A stretch of DNA of 64,000 nt from assembly GCF_009914755.1 (NCBI RefSeq), contig NC_060933.1, one strand, 5' to 3'. The notes under the pieces were generated by a model. It was not told the DNA's origin, searched no databases, and saw nothing but the letters and a program-made list of their open reading frames with translations. The stretch comes from the human T2T-CHM13v2.0 reference genome, Homo sapiens. The translations under genes and the position numbers were made by a program. Positions 44,273 to 64,000 of the stretch are shown piece by piece (position 1 is the stretch's first letter; each line of letters opens with the position of its first letter).

Positions 44273-46807
44273 CCATTTTCAAGAGCAAGCACTTTTGTAG
44301 TTTCTGAGCGAACTATGACTGCAAAGGAAGTTCTATAGGTAGCCTCAGATCCACTACCTAGGAAGCATGCTACCAAGCAGACCTAGGATCTAGGATTTGA
44401 TCAAGTGCTGGGCAACATGATACCTCTGCAATTTAGCACTTCCCTATATACCTCCAGTTGGCTCAGCCCATTAGGGCTAAAACTACCCCTCATATCCTAG
44501 TGTCTCTTGTAGGCAGAAGCCTTGCCTAAACCCTAAGCTGCTTGGCTCACATTCTCTCTTGTGCTTTTTTTGTAGGGGGTTCAAATATACACAAAAGAAA
44601 TATGTTGAACCTCCATGCACCCAACCCGCAGATTAAGCAGTTACCTCCATTTTTCCAGATTTGTTTCATCTGCTTCAATCTCCCTAAAAATTTATGTTTG
44701 TACAGGAAAGACTGAATAAATAGCTAATTTTCCACCCTACCTCTCATCTTAAGTCACTTTTCAGAGTAGTAAGTTAGTGACCTAGTAACCTTCCCTCTAA
44801 TGACCAGTAGTTTTTTTTTCTGAATACCATTATGAACTCATAGATTATTGTTTGCATTTGATGTATTTCAGGCCATTGCAGTCTTTATTGTTTTGGATAC
44901 TTACATTGTCTCATCTAGGTTAATAATTATCTCTTCAAGTTGACTTTCATGTCTTTTTGAAGTGATCCTGTTGGACTTTGATGGCTTCCTTGCTTTCTGG
45001 CAAAACAGATGTTCCAGGATCAATATACTGCACCATACATGGAGTCAGCCATTTCTCTAGGGAACCTTGATTCCTTTTAGTAGAGAACACAGTTTGAGGT
45101 CTTGGACTGAATGACTTTTGTGAACCTCCTCTCCTGAGACTACAGCCTGCATCCCTGCATATAGCCCGTTTGGAGCTCTTGCTGGGCACCAACAGATCTC
45201 CTAAAACTGCTATATAGTTCTGCCTCACTCTTACAAAGATTCATCTCTTGAGAGTTTTGTGCTCTACCCCCAGATGTGGTCTTTCTGGTTATGAAGCTTT
45301 TGCTTCAGTCACCCTGAATTTTGCCAGCCCTATGCATGCTATACCTTGGATTGCCAACTTGCCCTCACTGAAGCCAGTTTCTCTGGTTAGAATAGTTGCC
45401 CAAACCCATGCCTAATACTCTAGTAAACAAGGTTCTACCTGGGCTTAGGTTAACTTTTGCTCCTTTGGGCCCTGTGTTCTACCAGCATTCCATTTATCTG
45501 AAACTCTCCCTCACCTTAAGAACTTATCTGTTCTTTAATGATTTACTGCTGCTTCCTGGGCTCGAAAGAACCCAGTTCAGGAGTTTCTGTTTTAGTTTGA
45601 GATCTTATAGGCCTGTCTCATCAGGTTGGTGTCAGCCCAGCTAGGATTAGGCAGAATTGGGTGGGGGCTGTAGTGCATTTTTGGCACAGCATGTACCTGT
45701 CTGACTAATTCTCTGTCTTTTCTTTCCTGTTGCAATTCATGGGTCTTAGCATCTTCTGAATGGTGTTTAGTAGGTCATCCTGTTGATTTCCTGCTAGGGA
45801 GTAGCATACTCTGGCTCTGTACCACTGGCCAAGGGACTTAAGGATAGATGAAGGGCTGCAGTTTTGTTAAATGGAACAATATGAAGAGATGGCATTGTTT
45901 AAAAAAAAAAAAAAAGGCTTGGCAGCAGGGCCCATTTGAATGGTTGGTCCTTGGCTCCTTTGTTGATATAGGCAGATCCTTGATGGGAATTTGGAATGAT
46001 CCCAAATATTGTAGATCACTGGTACATCAAGTCATCCTCAAGGTTGTCTGTGTAACAGTCTTGAATGATATTTTGTCAGTCTTTGGAGATTCTCTGTATA
46101 GGGTTTAATCATTTAGTTATTTCAGTTGAGCCTGTTTAGTTTCTTTGCAAGGAGATAAGAAATGTGAAAGAGATGCAGACATTAGGGAAAAAAAGTCAGG
46201 AGCCTTGTTTCCCCATCCTCTACTTGGGTTCTGGAACTAGACTCATAGGTGAGTAGTGAGGAGCTGGGCCCAAGCACATTAATCCTAGATCTAGCTCTGC
46301 TTTGCCCTCGCTCCAGTTCTTGTATCAAATTCACTTCAAGCCACCCAGAGTAGTATGTAGAGGAGTCATTCAGGACCATGCTCATACTTCATTGTATCAA
46401 ATGGGAGATCCAGTAATTTATAGCCTATTGTTTCTGGAGCCTGGAGATGGCTCTGCATAAGATTTGCCGAAGCAAATTTTATTACATTAGAAGAGAACCT
46501 AGCTGGCTGCATCCTACACTGGAAGCTTTTAGATGCTAATAAGGAGGTCATGTAAAGGTCACAGAATGACTCTGGAATCCATTCCCCACCAAGAAAGAAT
46601 AATGACATTCTATGTTGGCCTCTTTTCATTTCCCTTTGGTTTTGAGTAATAAATTCTCTCCTCACTTCCCAGTCGAACTGTTTGGGAGTCTCTATTCCCT
46701 AGAAAGACTCTGGTCACATACCCATCAGATTAAATTAGGTGAAAACTCTTTGGCCTTCATGAATGTTGAAGGATTTCAAAGGGCTAATGGAAATTCTTCT
46801 AGAAGTA

Positions 46808-50400
<3,593 letters not shown>

Positions 50401-50560
50401 ACCTTCTATCATATTTCCCAGTAACACCTTCCCTCCTACATTTCTCCTAGAAGCCCTTAAATTTTGTTTTTCACATATCGTTTAAAACTTTTAAGTGCTG
50501 ATGTCTGTCTGTGTCATCCCTCTTTTTTTTTTTTTTTAAATGTCTTTTTGTCACTTCTAG

Positions 50561-50625
50561 CTGGACCTACCATGAAAGACTTCTGAATCCAGGAAGAGAA
50601 ACTGACTGGGCAACATGTTATTCAG
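50561..50625 (+). ncRNA. Candidate 65-nt non-coding exon (copy 1)
   Basis: Pyrimidine tract + ctAG acceptor and CAG|GTACAA donor; both sites conserved in the second copy. Confidence 0.5.
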
Positions 50626-51292
50626 GTACAAAAAGACTTGGACTGTAACTCAAAAATGATCAAATAATAGTGCATGCATCAAGTGCAATCGGAAGCTCTT
50701 CTGGAGAGGGAGAGAAGCTTCCAGTTAAGGTGACATTGAAGCCAAGTCCTGTAAGATAAGGAAGAGTTGTATGAGAGTGGGGAGGGAAGGGGGAGGTGGA
50801 GGGATGGGGATTGGGCTGGGATGGGATGGAGTGAGCTGCCCAGGCAGGGAAACCAGCACTATACAGACCTGAACAATGAAGATGGCACATTTTGTTCAGG
50901 GAATGGTGAATTAAGTGTGGCAGAAATGCTTTGTAGAGACAGTAATTTGCTTGTATGGAATTTTGCCCAAGAGACCTCATTACAGTTTCTAATTTTTTGA
51001 TGTTATTATGCATCACTGCCCTTGTCAGATAGTATCATGATCACAATAACATCAAGCATAATATTTCATTGATTCTCACAAAAACAGGTGGGTGCCACAG
51101 TTATCCCCATTATATGCACAAAATGATGAAGACTTGGGGTTAATGAGTGATTTGCCCAAGCTCACCTGAATATTAGGACTGAGTCAAATGTTAGTCTGGT
51201 CTGACTTTAATGCTTGCCTTGTTCATGAGCACCATGCATTGCCTCTCCTATTAAGTTAAGCAGGTAGACAGGTGAGAGAAGAGCCAGTGTGA

Positions 51293-52355
51293 TATCGGGG
51301 GAAATTCACCCCTGATATTTCATGTAGGTTCTTTTCTATTTTCCCTGAGTGTCAGCCAGTCTGAGAAATAAAGGGAAAGAGTACAAAAGAGAGAAATTTT
51401 AAAGCTGGATGTCCAGGGGAGACATCACACGTCGGCAGGTTCCGTGATGCCCCCCAAGCCGCAAAACCAACAAGTTTTTATTAGTGATTTTCAAAAGGTG
51501 AGGGAGTGTACGAATAGGGTGTGGGTCACAGAGATCACATGCTTCACAAGGTAATAAAATATCACAAGGCAAATGGAGGCAGGGCAAGATCACAGGACCA
51601 CAGGACCGGGGCGAAATTAAAATTGCTAATGAAGTTTTGGGCGCGCATTGTCATTGATAACATCTTATCAGGAGAAAGGGTTTGAGAGCAGACAACCCAT
51701 CTGACCAACATTTATTAGGCGGGAATTTCCTTGTCCTGATAAGCCTGGGAGTGCCACGTGAACCCAGGGCTTATTTCATCCCTTATCTACGACTGTAAAA
51801 GACAGCCGTCCCCAAAGCGGCCATTTCAGAGGCCTCCCCTTAGGGATGCATTCTCTTTCTCAGGGATGTTCTTTGCTGAGAAAAAGAATTCAGCAATACT
51901 TCTCCTATTTGCTTTTGAAAGAAGAGAAATATGGCTCTGTTCAACCCGGCCCACAGGCAGCCACAGTTTAAGGTTATCTCCCTTGTTCCCTGAAATTGCT
52001 GTTATCCTGTTCTTTTTTCAAGGTGCCCAGGTTTCATATTGTTTAAACAACTTGTGCAGTTAACGCAATTATCACAGGGTCCTGCGGGGACATTCATCCT
52101 CAGCTTACGAAGATGACCGGATTAAGAGATTAAAGACAGGCATAGCAAATCACAAGGGTATTGATTGGGGAAGTGATAAGTGTCCATGAAATCTTCACAA
52201 TTTATGTTCAGAGATTGCAGTAATGACAGGCCTAAGAAATTATAGAAGTATTAATTTGGGGAACTAATAAATGTCCATGAAATCTTCACAATTTATGTTC
52301 TTCTGCTGTGGCTTCAGCCAGTCCCTCCGTTTGGGGTCCCTGACTTCCTGCAACA
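51293..52355 (-). mobile_element. MER11 (HERV-K11/HML-8) solo LTR
   Basis: Reverse complement begins TGTTGCAGGAAGTCAGGGACCCC and ends CCCCCGATA; ~1.06 kb; internal direct repeat tgtccatgaaatcttcacaatttatgttc. Confidence 0.88.
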
Positions 52356-62118
<9,763 letters not shown>

Positions 62119-62458
62119 TAGTTTAAACTTTTGAGTGGTTTGTGTCTCCTGATTGGACTCCTACAAATACAGAATTGATGCTAGGAAGGGTACCAGGAGA
62201 TAGACGCACACAGATGGGATTTGGGAATAGGTTTGGTTATCCAAGGAGCAGTGCTGAGCTCCTTGCAATGGGATATGGGATGCTGGTGATTTCCAGGAAG
62301 TGCGCTCACAATGACTCAAGCTGCCACATACTGTTGATTGTGAAATGCCAGTTGAAGCATATGTCCTGCAAGCTTAGGGGTGCTACAAGTTGACCACTGC
62401 AGCAGTAAAGATGACTCTGAAGAATGGCGTGGGATGGTTCCTTTCAAATGCACTTGAG

Positions 62459-62906
62459 CAGCGGTCTCCAACCACAGGGCCACAGAGCTGGAGGTGAGCA
62501 GCAGGCGAGTGAAGGGAAACTTCATCTGTATTTCTAGCCCCTCCCATCGCTTGCATGACCACCTGAGCTCCATGTCCTGTCAGATCAGCAGCAGCATTAG
62601 ATTGTCATAGGAGCACAAACTCTGTTGTGAAGTGTGCATGCGAGGGATCTAGGTTGTGTACTCCTTATGAGAATCTAATGCCTGATATTCTGTTACTGTC
62701 TCCCATCACCCCAGGTGGACAGTCTAGTTGCAGGAAAACAAGCTCAGAGATCCCACTGAGTCTACATTATAGTGAGTTGTAGAATCATTTCATTATATAT
62801 TACTATGTAGTAATAATAGAAATAAAGTGCACAATATATGTAATGCACTTGAATCATCCTGAAATTATTCCCTCATTCCCAGTCTGTGGAAAAATTGTCT
62901 TCCACA
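62459..62906 (+). mobile_element. MER1A-like hAT-Charlie element
   Basis: cagatcagcagcagcattagatt.tcataggagc...gagggatctaggttg...ctccttatgagaatctaatgcctgat...gtggaaaaattgtcttccac. Confidence 0.8.
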
Positions 62907-63074
62907 CATTCACTCTGTTTTTTGGTAGAGGCAGGGTCTTAATATATTGCCCAGTCTGATCTCAAACTCCTGGCCTCAAGTAATATACCTCTCTCAGCCT
63001 CCCAAAGTGCTGAGATTACAGGCATAAGCCACCACCCTCAACCAAGAGTTTCTTAAACCAAATAAAAATTAAGT

Positions 63075-64000
63075 GAGATTACTTGAGCCCAGGTGGTCAA
63101 GGCTGCAGTGAGCCTGATTGCACCACTGCACTCCAGCCTAGGTGACAGAATGAGACTGTCTCAAAAAATAAAATAAAATACAAATTAACCCTTTATGACA
63201 TTCCCAGTAACTTCCTAAGTGCTCCCCACAAGTCTTTGAATTCTGTTTAATTTTCACATAACATTTAAGACATTTAAGAACTTATGTCTGTCTGTGTCAT
63301 CCCTTTATGTCAAAAGATGTCTTTTTGTCACTTCCAGCTGGATCTACCATGAAAGACTTGTGAATCCAGGAAGAGAGACTGACTGGGCAACATGTTATTC
63401 AGGTACAAAAAGATTTGGACTGTAACTTAAAAATGATCAAATTATGTTTCCCATGCATCAGGTGCAATGGGAAGCTCTTCTGGAGAGTGAGAGAAGCTTC
63501 CAGTTAAGGTGACATTGAAGCCAAGTCCTGAAAGATGAGGAAGAGTTGTATGAGAGTGGGGAGGGAAGGGGGAGGTGGAGGGATGGGGAATGGGCCGGGA
63601 TGGGATAGCGCAAACTGCCCGGGAAGGGACACCAGCACTGTACAGACCTGAACAATGAAGATGGCATATTTTGTTCAGGGAATGGTGAATTAAGTGTGGC
63701 AGGAATGCTTTGTAGACACAGTAATTTGCTTGTATGGAATTTTGCCTGAGAGACCTCATTGCAGTTTCTGATTTTTTGATGTCTTCATCCATCACTGTCC
63801 TTGTCAAATAGTTTGGAACAGGTATAATGATCACAATAACCCCAAGCATAATATTTTGTTAATTCTCACAGAATCACATGTAGGTGCCACAGTTATCCCC
63901 ATTTTATGAATGGAGTGATGAAAACCTTAGGAATAATGAATGATTTGCGCAGGCTCACCTGGATATTAAGACTGAGTCAAATGTTGGGTCTGGTCTGACT
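63075..64000 (+). repeat. Local segmental duplication, copy 2 (runs off the window end)
   Basis: Shared sequence such as ctggatctaccatgaaagacttgtgaatccaggaagagagactgactgggcaacatgttattcaggtacaaaaag; paralogous ORFs 50660-51016(-) and 63442-63849(-). Confidence 0.92.
63338..63402 (+). ncRNA. Candidate 65-nt non-coding exon (copy 2)
   Basis: tctttttgtcacttccAG acceptor; CAG|GTACAA donor. Confidence 0.5.

Overview
This is primate (human-like) subtelomeric segmental-duplication DNA made of two blocks joined at a degenerate interstitial telomere tract (25561-26303). The proximal block (1-25.5 kb) holds a FAM157-family gene on the + strand. Six GT-AG exons (3700-3854, 4537-4746, 6800-6950, 8467-8844, 18425-18620, 22646-22733) splice into an uninterrupted 385-codon ORF with a CAG/polyQ tract. 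I cannot resolve the paralog, and FAM157 loci are generally treated as non-coding or putative. Upstream lies a solo LTR10-type LTR carrying three contiguous p53 half-sites. Intron 5 contains a ~3.4-kb, 63-bp-unit VNTR (~54 copies) that is stop-free in one frame on each strand, giving the two ~1180-aa ORFs. The distal block (26.3-64 kb) is Alu/LTR-dense. It carries an unprocessed GTF2I-like pseudogene fragment (frameshift, stop, Alu inside an exon, two exons apparently in swapped order), an apparent ~4.3-kb poly(A)-tailed retro-insertion in one of its introns, and a local duplication with a 12,777-bp offset. No rRNA, tRNA or CRISPR was seen. Nearly all short ORFs in the track are Alu- or repeat-derived. 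Repeat family names were assigned from memory of consensus sequences and their boundaries are approximate. I found no demonstrably new biological system. The best candidates for follow-up are the VNTR, the retro-insertion, the exon swap, the Alu-telomere junction and the LTR p53 element.
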